Virus record (IMG/VR): IMGVR_UViG_3300020175_001039
Coordinates: 30,556-94,555 of that record
Source: a virus
Length of the DNA: 64,000 bases
Strand: one strand, 5' to 3'
Part shown: positions 1 through 9,005 of the stretch, in pieces
How the letters are laid out: every line of letters starts with the position of its first letter
Numbering within the stretch: the first letter of the stretch is position 1
The notes under the pieces: generated by a model
What the model was told of the DNA's origin: nothing
The model's input: the letters and a program-made list of their open reading frames with translations, nothing else
The model's database searches: none
Made by a program: the position numbers and the translations under genes

Positions 1-378
1 CCAGTCCAGGCACATTGAACCACCATCTAGTTTATCACTAGTAATTGGCTCCCCGATATTTTGCTCTACAAGAGTCATGTTGATATTAAAGTCTGCGGCG
101 GCATTATACAACCTCGGCAACCGATCACCACGTGCTTCCATGTGATCAAACACACAGTGCAATACCTCGTGTCCTACCAAGAAATCCAACATAGGATCAG
201 TAAGGTTATCTACAAATGTACGATTGAACATAAACTTACGGCCATCAGTTGCCGCGGTTGGAATGTAATCACTGGCATCTTCAATACGAAGCCGTACAGC
301 TAGTGTACCAAAGAATGGCTTTGTCATTAGTAGTCGAACACGTGACTGAGTAATACGTTCTTCAGCTGTCTTTTGCAT
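1..378 (-). CDS. Putative metallopeptidase (DUF2201/VWA-associated), N-terminal part; runs off the window
   Basis: Not in the ORF track. Hand translation from ATG at 378: MQKTAEERITQSRVRLLMTKPFFGTLAVRL...PTAATDGR...LVGHEVLHCVFDH...YNAAADFNIN. Has HExxH and sits downstream of an AAA ATPase. Confidence 0.85.
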   Translation of the reverse strand, partial: MQKTAEERITQSRVRLLMTKPFFGTLAVRLRIEDASDYIPTAATDGRKFMFNRTFVDNLTDPMLDFLVGHEVLHCVFDHMEARGDRLPRLYNAAADFNINMTLVEQNIGEPITSDKLDGGSMCLDW

Positions 379-409
379 AGTGTTTACCTTTTTATCAACT
401 TACCCTGTT

Positions 410-437
410 ATAATAGCACATCTAGAAGCAATGTCAA
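410..437 (-). promoter_or_regulatory. Sigma70-type promoter
   Basis: TTGACA (432-437), 16 bp, TGcTATTAT (410-415), followed by GGTAAGTTGA. Confidence 0.65.
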
Positions 438-769
438 CCATAAATTGAAAGTTTAAAGATTAAAGCATCTTCTGGATTTTTAAAATAGAACAAATGACTA
501 TCATCTGGATGTGCAAACTTACGATAGTCCCAATCTTGCATGAATAAATTTTGTTTACACCACTTAATTGCCTTGTCTAAATTGCCACGCACAGTTATAG
601 TTTCGCATGATTCAGCCCAGGATTTTTTGAACTCATATACATCACGTGGAACCCAATCTTTACATTCTAGTCCGTACAACCGAATATTGGTGCGTTCTCT
701 TGGATTATAAAGGGAGAGATCAACAGTCTCTCCCTCCTTTAGTTTAGGTGTAATATACGAAGCTGACAT
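434..769 (-). CDS. Hypothetical phage protein
   Basis: 111 aa; C-terminal FxNxEDAxxFKL motif common in small phage proteins. Confidence 0.6.
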   Translation of the reverse strand: MSASYITPKLKEGETVDLSLYNPRERTNIRLYGLECKDWVPRDVYEFKKSWAESCETITVRGNLDKAIKWCKQNLFMQDWDYRKFAHPDDSHLFYFKNPEDALIFKLSIYG

Positions 770-1887
770 TATGCATCCAACACAAGACGACCGTAACGCT
801 CGAAATATTCATTAAAACGTTCAATTTTGTCTTGCTTTGGTACTAACTTGTATTGTTGCATAGCAATACGTGATGCCATGATAACCATCTCAGTCTCAAA
901 GTTATCCATCATAAAGCCAATAAAGTTACTGAAGCTCTTGTGGTAAAGTGCCATTTGCTTGCTATCAGCACCTGCTTTTTCTCCAGCAATGTGGCGGTCC
1001 CGCAATACATAACATAGGCTGGTAGCCAATGCATACTTGGCACTGATTTCAGTGCTTTCCATTTTTTTAACTTTGGCATCTAGTACATCTTCTGGAATAG
1101 GAAGGTCACCTGCAATTTTTTTGTGTGCCATAAATTTAACAGCCGTGCCTTCTCCTACACAACCTGCAACCATATCAGTCTGTAAGCTATCGCTAAGGTC
1201 ATCTGCATCCTGTACTAGCTCTGAAACAAATGTCCACGAGCGAGGTGTAGCAAAACCACGTGAGCTGGATTGTGGATCAAAGTTATAAAGATCGCCTTTA
1301 GCAAATGAAAGGTAACCAACAACATCTGCATCCATGCCGTTGTTAACAGCCCAATTCAACCAATCACCAAAATCAACACGTAGTTCAAAGTGAACAAAAC
1401 GATTCTCAAGTGGCTTAGGCATGCGGTATGTAACACCTTTGTCTGTCTCACGGTTACCTGCTGCAATAATAACAACGTTGTCTGGCAATACATATTGTCC
1501 AATACGACGGTTAAGAATAAGCTGATAGCCAGCAGCCTGTACACTTGGTGCGGCGCTGTTCATTTCGTCTAGGAACATAATAACAGTATCATACTGATCT
1601 GCTTCAGCCTGTGTTGGCAAATCTGCAGGCGGCAACCAAACCATTTCACGTGTTACCATATCTGGTGCAGGATATCCACGCAAGTCTGTAGGCTCAAACA
1701 ATGCAAGCCGCATGTCAATTACTTTGGTATTGCCTAGTACGCCACTGTCACCAATACCTTGCACTAGTTCTGATTTACCAATGCCCGGAGGACCCCACAA
1801 AAATACAGGGCGTTTTTTCTTAAATGCACGAGTAATAAGCTGCGTGGCTTCGGAAATTTTTACGGTGCGTGTATCTGTTATTTGCAT
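769..1887 (-). CDS. AAA+ ATPase (MoxR/dynein-related AAA_5 type)
   Basis: Walker A GPPGIGKS, Walker B MFLDEMN, IIAAGN, NRF. Confidence 0.9.
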   Translation of the reverse strand: MQITDTRTVKISEATQLITRAFKKKRPVFLWGPPGIGKSELVQGIGDSGVLGNTKVIDMRLALFEPTDLRGYPAPDMVTREMVWLPPADLPTQAEADQYDTVIMFLDEMNSAAPSVQAAGYQLILNRRIGQYVLPDNVVIIAAGNRETDKGVTYRMPKPLENRFVHFELRVDFGDWLNWAVNNGMDADVVGYLSFAKGDLYNFDPQSSSRGFATPRSWTFVSELVQDADDLSDSLQTDMVAGCVGEGTAVKFMAHKKIAGDLPIPEDVLDAKVKKMESTEISAKYALATSLCYVLRDRHIAGEKAGADSKQMALYHKSFSNFIGFMMDNFETEMVIMASRIAMQQYKLVPKQDKIERFNEYFERYGRLVLDA

Positions 1888-1919
1888 CTTGCTAGTCCTT
1901 CTTTTTTAGCTATACCGTC

Positions 1920-1948
1920 ATACTATATTATTATTGTTATACAGTCAA
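1920..1948 (-). promoter_or_regulatory. Sigma70-type promoter directly after a terminator
   Basis: TTGACT (1943-1948), 17 bp, TAGTAT (1920-1925). Confidence 0.55.
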
Positions 1949-1949
1949 G

Positions 1950-1974
1950 AAAAAAGCGAACCTAAGTTCGCTTT
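1950..1974 (-). terminator. Intrinsic terminator
   Basis: AAAGCGAAC-TTAG-GTTCGC-TTTTTT on minus strand. Confidence 0.8.
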
Positions 1975-1986
1975 GATATCAATGGG

Positions 1987-2343
1987 TTAGGATTTTTTTT
2001 GACAATTTTTAATTAGATCTCTTGCCATTGTTAGATCAGAATCTTCATCTACTATTTGATCAACAATGTCCAATGCCATCATTTCTATTTGTACTTCCTC
2101 TTCCATCTCTTGACTAAGTTTATCAATTTCTTCAGATATCCATTTGTCCAATGCTTCCATGTCTCCATCAACCATGTTGAGAAGTTTGTCAGCAAAGTCA
2201 TCCTTTTGGGTGTCTGTAAGAGGCTTGAACGGCCATTGTTGTCCACTTGCCATGCGATTGTATTCCCATCCATTTTTAAACCCATAATAGGGCTGTGTAA
2301 AATTAAAACTAATAGACCAATTGTCTGGTTTATCAGTACTCAT
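1987..2343 (-). CDS. Hypothetical protein
   Basis: 118 aa, tiles with neighbours. Confidence 0.6.
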   Translation of the reverse strand: MSTDKPDNWSISFNFTQPYYGFKNGWEYNRMASGQQWPFKPLTDTQKDDFADKLLNMVDGDMEALDKWISEEIDKLSQEMEEEVQIEMMALDIVDQIVDEDSDLTMARDLIKNCQKKS

Positions 2344-2563
2344 CGATCAAGAACTCTTCTTCCATATCGTCCTCAAATTGCTGTAACATTTGTCGTTTTT
2401 CCAGCAATAACTTTTCCAGATTCCAAACTGCTGCATATTTTTCATCACTTGCGCCTTCGTTAAAAGCAACCAGTGCTGATTCTAAAACAACGATATCGTT
2501 AACTACGTCTTGCATTATTCTTCTCCTACGAAGTTTGTTTCGATTGATTTGATATGTTTGCAT
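2333..2563 (-). CDS. Hypothetical protein (true start probably MQDVV)
   Basis: Acidic small ORF, tiles with neighbours. Confidence 0.5.
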   Translation of the reverse strand: MQTYQINRNKLRRRRIMQDVVNDIVVLESALVAFNEGASDEKYAAVWNLEKLLLEKRQMLQQFEDDMEEEFLIDEY

Positions 2564-2721
2564 TTCTTAAATGCTGGACAATCACACGTAAAGCCGTTGT
2601 CTAACATCTTTATAGTATACTGTCTATTATTACTTCCGTCAACAGTCCATTGGGTATCTACTGCCCAATGTTTACGGGTATTAATCAGTTCTGACGGAAA
2701 TATTTTCGGTCCGTACTTCAT
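2515..2721 (-). CDS. SWIM-type zinc-finger protein
   Basis: FTCDCPAFKKCKHI (CxC-x5-CxH). Confidence 0.8.
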   Translation of the reverse strand: MKYGPKIFPSELINTRKHWAVDTQWTVDGSNNRQYTIKMLDNGFTCDCPAFKKCKHIKSIETNFVGEE

Positions 2722-2724
2722 GAT

Positions 2725-2964
2725 TTATTCCTGGATTTGTGGATATTTTTTAGCAATAGCTTGAATAAATCGACGTTGCTCTGGAGTGATTTCATTTAAT
2801 CGGGTGCCGAAAGGAGCGCCTACTGTTGTGAGCATATTGCCTATTACTGCCATTTTATTGGATAGTGCATCGTCCTTTTCAACTGCGGCGAGGTCCATAA
2901 TCTTACGTCCCATATTGCCAAGTTTGCGTTGTGATTCTGTAACCTCAAAAAATTGCACATTCAT
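2725..2964 (-). CDS. Hypothetical protein
   Basis: 79 aa with GGAG RBS, directly after a promoter. Confidence 0.6.
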   Translation of the reverse strand: MNVQFFEVTESQRKLGNMGRKIMDLAAVEKDDALSNKMAVIGNMLTTVGAPFGTRLNEITPEQRRFIQAIAKKYPQIQE

Positions 2965-2987
2965 GTAATAAAACTCCGGTTGTTTAT

Positions 2988-3031
2988 TTAACTTACTATA
3001 CCAATATACAGTAAGATGTCTTACTTGTCAA
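2988..3031 (-). promoter_or_regulatory. Sigma70-type promoter with inverted repeat in the spacer
   Basis: TTGACA (3026-3031), 17 bp, TATATT (3003-3008); spacer GTAAGA-CA-TCTTAC; downstream AGTAAGTTAA. Confidence 0.75.
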
Positions 3032-4334
3032 CACTTTTTTCATCTTTTTTTGATAAAAAATTATACATTTTTGGACACAACGATACGATACTCATGTTGT
3101 ATATTTTATCCAGTTGTTTAAAATAGTCGTATGTTTTTTCAGGCAACTCAGCATAATCGTCACCTCTTGATAAAAACTCAACCACACGTTCAACTTGCTT
3201 AACTGCCATAGTTGCTTTGCGTTTGTGTTTGTACTTTGAAATTATCTGCAAACTCTTGCTTAGATCCACAAGGGCTTTTGTTTTTAATGCTTCGGGCATA
3301 TACACTGCGCTTAATGGATGTGGAGGGTCAACAAATGCAACATGCATGTCGAGATCATTTTCAACAATATATTCTACTACGCCCAACCAATCTAACATAG
3401 TAATAAAGTTAACAGTAATAGTTGCTTTAACTGTGATATTTTCTACATTATTTTGTAAATCTATAATATTCTCATGCATCAAGTCCCAATCTGACCCATA
3501 ACGAAAATATCCATAAAATTTCTTGCTGGTGTCGATACTGGCAAATACCCTAAGGCTTTTAAATTTGTTCCATTCATCATAAAATTTATCATAGAGCTTG
3601 TGCTGTAAGTTTGTGTGATACCGCAAATCAATATTTTCTTTACGTTTAATCTTTGTGAGCCATTTTAAGTGCTTTTTATCCATCAGCGGTTCTCCGCCAG
3701 TAAAGTGTACACTTTTTAAATTGTCAGCCAAATCGTAAAACTCATCCAGTGAATCTGGACAATTAATGAAATTGTCAATATATTTGATAGTTAAATTATC
3801 CGCTGTGGCACTTTCTGGCAAATATAATACTTCTGACATTTCTGGTACCATGTCAGGATTATGCCTAAGTAAACTCATCCAGCCGGTGCTGCTTTCAGGA
3901 CTGCAATGTGCGCATGCTAAATTACAAACTCCGTGAGGACGTATTTCCATTGTGCTGATGTTTGATGGATAGCTCTGTGTTGGATCTTGTTTTATCTTTT
4001 CAACCACAGTGGCCAATTCTTGTTCTTCAACAATATTTTCCATATAGTGCTTGTTAAATTCTTGCCTAGTACTAGTTACACCATCTGTTTCACGTGCATG
4101 GCACTGTCTGCAATTAGCATGTTCTTGTCCATTCCACAAGGCATTGCGCAACTCTTGCATATTTTGATTGTTGTATTCAGTTAATAGATTTTCGTTAGAT
4201 CTCTTCCAACGTCCCATTTGCTCTTTGCTGCGATAACATGGCCTAAAAGAACCGCTTTGATCCAAGTCAAGATTAACATATGGTGCAAAACAAAAACTGT
4301 CTGGCAGTCCAAGTTTTTTTAGTTTATTTGCCAT
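3021..4334 (-). CDS. Radical SAM protein with N-terminal Twitch/SPASM-like Cys domain
   Basis: CNLACAHC, FTGGEPL; N-terminal FCFAPY...PC...CRQC. Confidence 0.9.
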   Translation of the reverse strand: MANKLKKLGLPDSFCFAPYVNLDLDQSGSFRPCYRSKEQMGRWKRSNENLLTEYNNQNMQELRNALWNGQEHANCRQCHARETDGVTSTRQEFNKHYMENIVEEQELATVVEKIKQDPTQSYPSNISTMEIRPHGVCNLACAHCSPESSTGWMSLLRHNPDMVPEMSEVLYLPESATADNLTIKYIDNFINCPDSLDEFYDLADNLKSVHFTGGEPLMDKKHLKWLTKIKRKENIDLRYHTNLQHKLYDKFYDEWNKFKSLRVFASIDTSKKFYGYFRYGSDWDLMHENIIDLQNNVENITVKATITVNFITMLDWLGVVEYIVENDLDMHVAFVDPPHPLSAVYMPEALKTKALVDLSKSLQIISKYKHKRKATMAVKQVERVVEFLSRGDDYAELPEKTYDYFKQLDKIYNMSIVSLCPKMYNFLSKKDEKSVDK

Positions 4335-4641
4335 CTAGCCATCCTTGCGCACCGGCCATGCGAGCCATAAATGCATCTCTTTCAGTAAAAAGTATAATTT
4401 TCTTTTTGTCCAAGTAATAGGGAAATGTCATTTTGCGCATAAGTGATATTATATTACCAGCAGTTTTTGCAGGAGGATCAAATTCCCAATACTCGTATTG
4501 CTTCATCAAGACATTAGCACCATGTTTTTTTAAACGCAAGGTGCTTTTGTTGTGGAATACTTGTGTAATGGTATATTTGTTATCCAATAAGCCCAGTATT
4601 TTACTCTGGACTTTTTCCGTCTCTAGTAATTGTTTCTCCAT
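4324..4641 (-). CDS. Hypothetical phage protein
   Basis: 105 aa, overlaps both neighbours. Confidence 0.6.
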   Translation of the reverse strand: MEKQLLETEKVQSKILGLLDNKYTITQVFHNKSTLRLKKHGANVLMKQYEYWEFDPPAKTAGNIISLMRKMTFPYYLDKKKIILFTERDAFMARMAGAQGWLDGK

Positions 4642-4903
4642 GTGATAATTTTACAACCGTAAATTTGTGTGTATTAAACTTTTTATTCAGCCTGTCTGCT
4701 AAATTAAAGGCGTGGCCGCTGTTGCTGAAACTTACCTTTTTATACTTTGGTCCTGGATAGTTAACTAGTGTATTTAAAGAACGAATATTAATTGGCTTAT
4801 TTTCATAATAGACTGCATAGATTGCACCTGCTTCCAAAATTTGTTCTGTATTGTATTGCTTGTCACTAATCTCTATAATGATATTTGGTTTAGGTCTAGC
4901 CAT
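4601..4903 (-). CDS. Conserved hypothetical phage protein
   Basis: MARPKP...YPGPKYKKVSFSNSGHAFNLA; AGGAG RBS and late box upstream. Confidence 0.7.
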   Translation of the reverse strand: MARPKPNIIIEISDKQYNTEQILEAGAIYAVYYENKPINIRSLNTLVNYPGPKYKKVSFSNSGHAFNLADRLNKKFNTHKFTVVKLSHGETITRDGKSPE

Positions 4904-4926
4904 GTAATATTTCTCTCCTGTATGTA

Positions 4927-4934
4927 TATTTATA
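4927..4934 (-). promoter_or_regulatory. T4-like late promoter box TATAAATA
   Basis: Exact TATAAATA on minus strand, 24 bp before ATG at 4903. Confidence 0.7.
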
Positions 4935-4961
4935 CAAATTTGCAGGAAGGACGCATAATAG

Positions 4962-5420
4962 CTATCGGTTGTGCCTTTTCAAATCTAAATTCATCTCCCA
5001 TTCCGTGGGATATGGTCCAGAATATTCATATTTGGTTAGTGTATCCAGCTTAGGACAATAGCTTGGTAGCCATTTCTTAAACTTAATGATGTAATAACCA
5101 GCCGCAAATATACTTTTACCAGTAGCAGTCTTTTTATATAATGGAAGATTACCATCATGTTCATATTCAATTGGATTAGAGAAGCTGCACGGAAACTTTT
5201 CTGAAAATCTTGTTACATATGACTCGGCTTTATTGTCACTCGTGTCTTTTGTCTGCAAGGTAAAAAGTTCATCTACATCAGTTAACATCTCAAGAGTGTT
5301 TGACTTTTGATTAAAAAATTCATACATTGAGTCATTTACACGGCGAAGTGTTCCCACCTTTCCGTGCTTGGTATTAACGATCCAATATTTGTCCTTGATA
5401 ACTTCGTTTGCTGTATACAT
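4962..5420 (-). CDS. Hypothetical phage protein (start revised to MYTANE)
   Basis: Revised start abuts the stop of the upstream gene at 5422. Confidence 0.6.
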   Translation of the reverse strand: MYTANEVIKDKYWIVNTKHGKVGTLRRVNDSMYEFFNQKSNTLEMLTDVDELFTLQTKDTSDNKAESYVTRFSEKFPCSFSNPIEYEHDGNLPLYKKTATGKSIFAAGYYIIKFKKWLPSYCPKLDTLTKYEYSGPYPTEWEMNLDLKRHNR

Positions 5421-5421
5421 A

Positions 5422-5748
5422 TCAACGCTTTGCGTGGCTGCCGTCACAGTATGGCTTATTTTCACTCTTTCCACAACTGCATACTCCGCCCAGACGGCGG
5501 AAGCCAGTTACACTGGCGAGGCGAAAGCTGCGCCAGCCATTGGCATTAATATCCCACACTACATGCACATTTTCGTTGGGTTCTCGATTGCGATTGATTT
5601 CATCTTCAGAAGCAACTGGGGTGGGTATTACACGTTTATGGAGTGTGCATGTCATTACACGTTGTTCTCCGTCTACTTTGTTAAACGTTACTTCAAAAAT
5701 ACCACGTTTAAGTTCATTCAGTGCGTCTTGATAGGATAAATTTTCCAT
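5422..5748 (-). CDS. WYL/Sm-like SH3 domain (DUF2693-like) fused to a CDGSH iron-sulfur motif
   Basis: VTFNKVDGEQRVMTCTL...VWDINANGWRSFR, then CSCGKSENKPYCDGSH. Confidence 0.8.
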   Translation of the reverse strand: MENLSYQDALNELKRGIFEVTFNKVDGEQRVMTCTLHKRVIPTPVASEDEINRNREPNENVHVVWDINANGWRSFRLASVTGFRRLGGVCSCGKSENKPYCDGSHAKR

Positions 5749-5749
5749 G

Positions 5750-6742
5750 TTAGTCTCCATATGCTGAGTTAAGATATTTTGCATGATCGTTAGCGTTTTT
5801 ACTTACGTTGTCCAATTGATACTTTCCACAAAAACGCATAAAATGAATGCCTACTTGAGGGATACGTTCTTTTTGTACCTGTTCAACAATAGCTGCGTCC
5901 AACTGTGCTTTTACTTCATCGGGCTGTTGTGTCAAGTCAATCAAGTGTACGTTGCGTTGATAGTCTTCCAATACACGATGCTCTACGCCTTCATGATCTA
6001 CCCATCGCTGTAGCATGAAATTATTCCAGTTGTAGCCTTTGGTATCTTTATCAGCATATGCTTCCAGCATACCAACCTTGTTCTTAGTGCCCTTCTTGCG
6101 TACGCCAGGGTATGCACTAAACACGTTATCAGCAGTGTCACCACGTACACACTTTTCGAACAACAGCCACTTAGGATCACCAATTACTTTGGGCTCCTTG
6201 GTCTTCTTGTCTTTTACTGGGCGACCACGGTCATCAAACACACCATCGATTGTCATCAGATGTCCAGCAATGCCATTATATTGTGTTACGTTTTCATTAA
6301 TAAGCTGATAGAAGTCACTGTCACTACTAACAATAACATGCTTGTCATCCGGATGGTTCTGGATCCAACGTGCAATAAAGTCATCAGCCTCACAGATTCT
6401 GTCCTGCAATACTGTTACATTTGTCTTCTCACGCATAAACCCTTGGAACTCATCAAATGCGTCCCAGAACTTCTGATCTTCAGCCTGTTGTGCATCTGTT
6501 TTTGCATCACGTACTTCTGCACGGTTACGCTTATACGGAGTATAAAAGTCCTTGCGCCAGCTACGCCCTTCCAAGCACACAACTACATGAGTACCGCCTT
6601 GGTCTCGCCATGTTTTATTAATACTGTTAAACATGATATGATAACTCATAGCAATTTTAGTATCCATGTCATCGCCACGTACTACGTGACGAGCTCGCAT
6701 GAACATATTAGCAGCATCTACCAGAATGTAAGTATTACTCAT
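5750..6742 (-). CDS. rnh: T4 RNase H-like 5'-3' exonuclease
   Basis: YILVDAAN, SWRKDFY.PYK.NR, EADD, SSDSDFYQL, GDTADNV. Confidence 0.9.
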   Translation of the reverse strand: MSNTYILVDAANMFMRARHVVRGDDMDTKIAMSYHIMFNSINKTWRDQGGTHVVVCLEGRSWRKDFYTPYKRNRAEVRDAKTDAQQAEDQKFWDAFDEFQGFMREKTNVTVLQDRICEADDFIARWIQNHPDDKHVIVSSDSDFYQLINENVTQYNGIAGHLMTIDGVFDDRGRPVKDKKTKEPKVIGDPKWLLFEKCVRGDTADNVFSAYPGVRKKGTKNKVGMLEAYADKDTKGYNWNNFMLQRWVDHEGVEHRVLEDYQRNVHLIDLTQQPDEVKAQLDAAIVEQVQKERIPQVGIHFMRFCGKYQLDNVSKNANDHAKYLNSAYGD

Positions 6743-6752
6743 GAGGTTCTCT

Positions 6753-6941
6753 CTATGTTAGGATTTCAGTTTCAAGAGCTACAATCTTTTCTTTTAGTAG
6801 CAATTTCTCTTGTTTAAGAGCCTTAATTTCTTGGTCAGTGGCAATAGACGTAATCTCAATAATCTTGCTATCAAGATCACGATGCTTATTTGTCAAACTT
6901 GTCAAATAACGCTTTTTACTATTAATAGTACCAGTACCCAT
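6753..6941 (-). CDS. DUF465/YdcH-like coiled-coil protein
   Basis: HRDLDSKI...LKQEKLLLKEKI. Confidence 0.65.
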   Translation of the reverse strand: MGTGTINSKKRYLTSLTNKHRDLDSKIIEITSIATDQEIKALKQEKLLLKEKIVALETEILT

Positions 6942-6967
6942 GTTGTATCTCCTTTATGTTATTCTTT

Positions 6968-6996
6968 ATAATAGCATATGAATTATCACAAGTCAA
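6968..6996 (-). promoter_or_regulatory. Sigma70-type promoter
   Basis: TTGACT, 17 bp, TGcTATTAT. Confidence 0.7.
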
Positions 6997-7658
6997 CTGG
7001 AAATTAATTCAAAATTGTAGCCGCACTCTTGAATAAATCTTAAATTTTCTCTGTGGTAAGATTCAATTATATTCTTGTAATTTGGATCATAATCAACGTC
7101 TAAAAAGTCACACATTTTTTTAAGTTGATTTTCAGTATCATAGTGTACCATCTCGTGATATTCAATATCAAGTACCTTAATATTATTTTTCCGTGCTATC
7201 CAGGACAAGAACTTATAATGTTTAGCATATTTCAACTGTTTTAGGTTTGAGTATGTTGGTTTATTAGTAATGTTTAACCTTAAATTATGTTTTAAAGTGG
7301 CCAAATTATTAGCATAGTCTGAGCTTTTTGTAGTTTGGATAATGATTACTTTTTTATTTTTAAGTGCCCTGAGATGCTCCTTATAGCGTGAAGCAGTGTA
7401 TCGTTCGCTACCATATGCGTAAAATCCAGGGCCACGAAACCACAGGTTTATGTGGCTATGGCTAATGAGTTCATTATTTTTAGAATCATAGTATTCATTA
7501 CTTAAACTATTATATTTTCCATGATACTTATAATTTAACAAATAAGTGCTTATAAAATAATGAAAAAAATTGCCGCCAGAGCCTCCGCGGAACACGACAG
7601 TGACCTCCCCAAAGATTTCTAGATCCTGGTATATTGGAGGATTATACTTCTTCAGCAA
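6993..7658 (-). CDS. Sulfotransferase-like P-loop protein
   Basis: GGSGGNF; C-terminal IEYHEM...LKKMCDFL. Confidence 0.55.
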   Translation of the reverse strand: MLKKYNPPIYQDLEIFGEVTVVFRGGSGGNFFHYFISTYLLNYKYHGKYNSLSNEYYDSKNNELISHSHINLWFRGPGFYAYGSERYTASRYKEHLRALKNKKVIIIQTTKSSDYANNLATLKHNLRLNITNKPTYSNLKQLKYAKHYKFLSWIARKNNIKVLDIEYHEMVHYDTENQLKKMCDFLDVDYDPNYKNIIESYHRENLRFIQECGYNFELISS

Positions 7659-7926
7659 TTTGTCTGCACAATCCAGTAAACCATGAATCTACGATTTCAC
7701 TTTCGTCTTGTCCACTGTAACCAGAGTCAAGTAGTTTGCGAACAAAAATCTCGTTCCACTCCAATTCAAAATAGCCATCGCTTGGATTTTCTGGATCAAT
7801 ATTAGTGCTTAGTACACGCACATATGGTTCACCACGTGCTGTTGCTTTATCTTTGTCAGACAAAGGCTCCGAAGAGCCTTTGCCAAATAAACTTTTAATT
7901 TTCTGTAACATTAGATTTTCTCCCAT
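7642..7926 (-). CDS. Conserved hypothetical phage protein
   Basis: ATARGEPYVRV...GYFELEWNEIFV. Confidence 0.65.
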   Translation of the reverse strand: MGENLMLQKIKSLFGKGSSEPLSDKDKATARGEPYVRVLSTNIDPENPSDGYFELEWNEIFVRKLLDSGYSGQDESEIVDSWFTGLCRQIAEEV

Positions 7927-9005
7927 GGAACGTCTTTGTCTCCAAAGTGTCCGTATACACAGTTTTCACTGTAGTTGTAGAAGTTAAACATATCAAACTT
8001 TCGAATAATTCCCAATGGAGTCATATTTTGTGTAGCGATCCAGTTTTCAAGTGCCTGTACGTTAGCCCCATCATTGCAGTCAATATACACTGCCATTGGC
8101 GCTTTTACTCCGATGGCGTATGAGAGTTGGATCGTCGCCCAGTCGCAATATCCTTTGGCCACCGCCTGTTTTGCAAGCCATCTTGCCATGTAGGCTGCTG
8201 ATCGGTCAACCTTTGTTGGATCTTTGCCAGAAAAAGCGCCGCCGCCATGGGGAGCATAGCCCCCATAAGTATCAACGATAATCTTGCGTCCAGTAAGGCC
8301 AGTATCACCGTCAGGGCCACCAATAACAAAATTCCCAGTGGGATTAATAAAAAATTTAGTATGTTTCTCATTATACAATTCTCCAAGCTCATCAATACAA
8401 ACCTGTCTTGCAATCTCTATTGCACTGTCTCCACGTTTGTCTGCGTGTTGAGTACTACATACTACATTAGTTGCATATGCTGGCTTGCCGTCAATATATT
8501 TAATACTAACTTGGCTTTTTGCATCCGGACCCAATACATCTTTGTTATTCTGTCGCATCACATCCAGTGTTTTTAGAATTTCATGACTATAGTGGATGGG
8601 CGCTGGCATCATACTTGGCGTATCATTACATGCATAGCCGAACATAATGCCCTGATCGCCTGCGCCAAAATTATCTGTACCCAATCCAATGTCACCACTT
8701 TGTGCGTGGATTTCGTTGTATACTTTTAAATTTTGCCAATGAAATCCTTCTTGTTCGTATCCAATTTCACGTACCTTATCGCGAATAATTTCATCTACTT
8801 GTTCTTTAGTGATATTAAAGTTTTTCACTTCTCCTGCCACTGTAACCATATTAGTTGTAACAAGTGTTTCAATTGCAACACGGGTCGTCTCGTCCCCATT
8901 GCGTAATCCTGCATCCAATAGTGCGTCACTGATTTGGTCAGCGACTTTATCTGGATGACCAGCACTAACTGATTCGCTTGTGAAGGTGTAATTACCTTTG
9001 TTCAT
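7911..9005 (-). CDS. metK: S-adenosylmethionine synthetase
   Basis: FTSESVSAGHPDK, GAGDQG, GGPDGDTGLTGRK, GGGAFSGKDPTKVDRS. Confidence 0.97.
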   Translation of the reverse strand: MNKGNYTFTSESVSAGHPDKVADQISDALLDAGLRNGDETTRVAIETLVTTNMVTVAGEVKNFNITKEQVDEIIRDKVREIGYEQEGFHWQNLKVYNEIHAQSGDIGLGTDNFGAGDQGIMFGYACNDTPSMMPAPIHYSHEILKTLDVMRQNNKDVLGPDAKSQVSIKYIDGKPAYATNVVCSTQHADKRGDSAIEIARQVCIDELGELYNEKHTKFFINPTGNFVIGGPDGDTGLTGRKIIVDTYGGYAPHGGGAFSGKDPTKVDRSAAYMARWLAKQAVAKGYCDWATIQLSYAIGVKAPMAVYIDCNDGANVQALENWIATQNMTPLGIIRKFDMFNFYNYSENCVYGHFGDKDVPWEKI

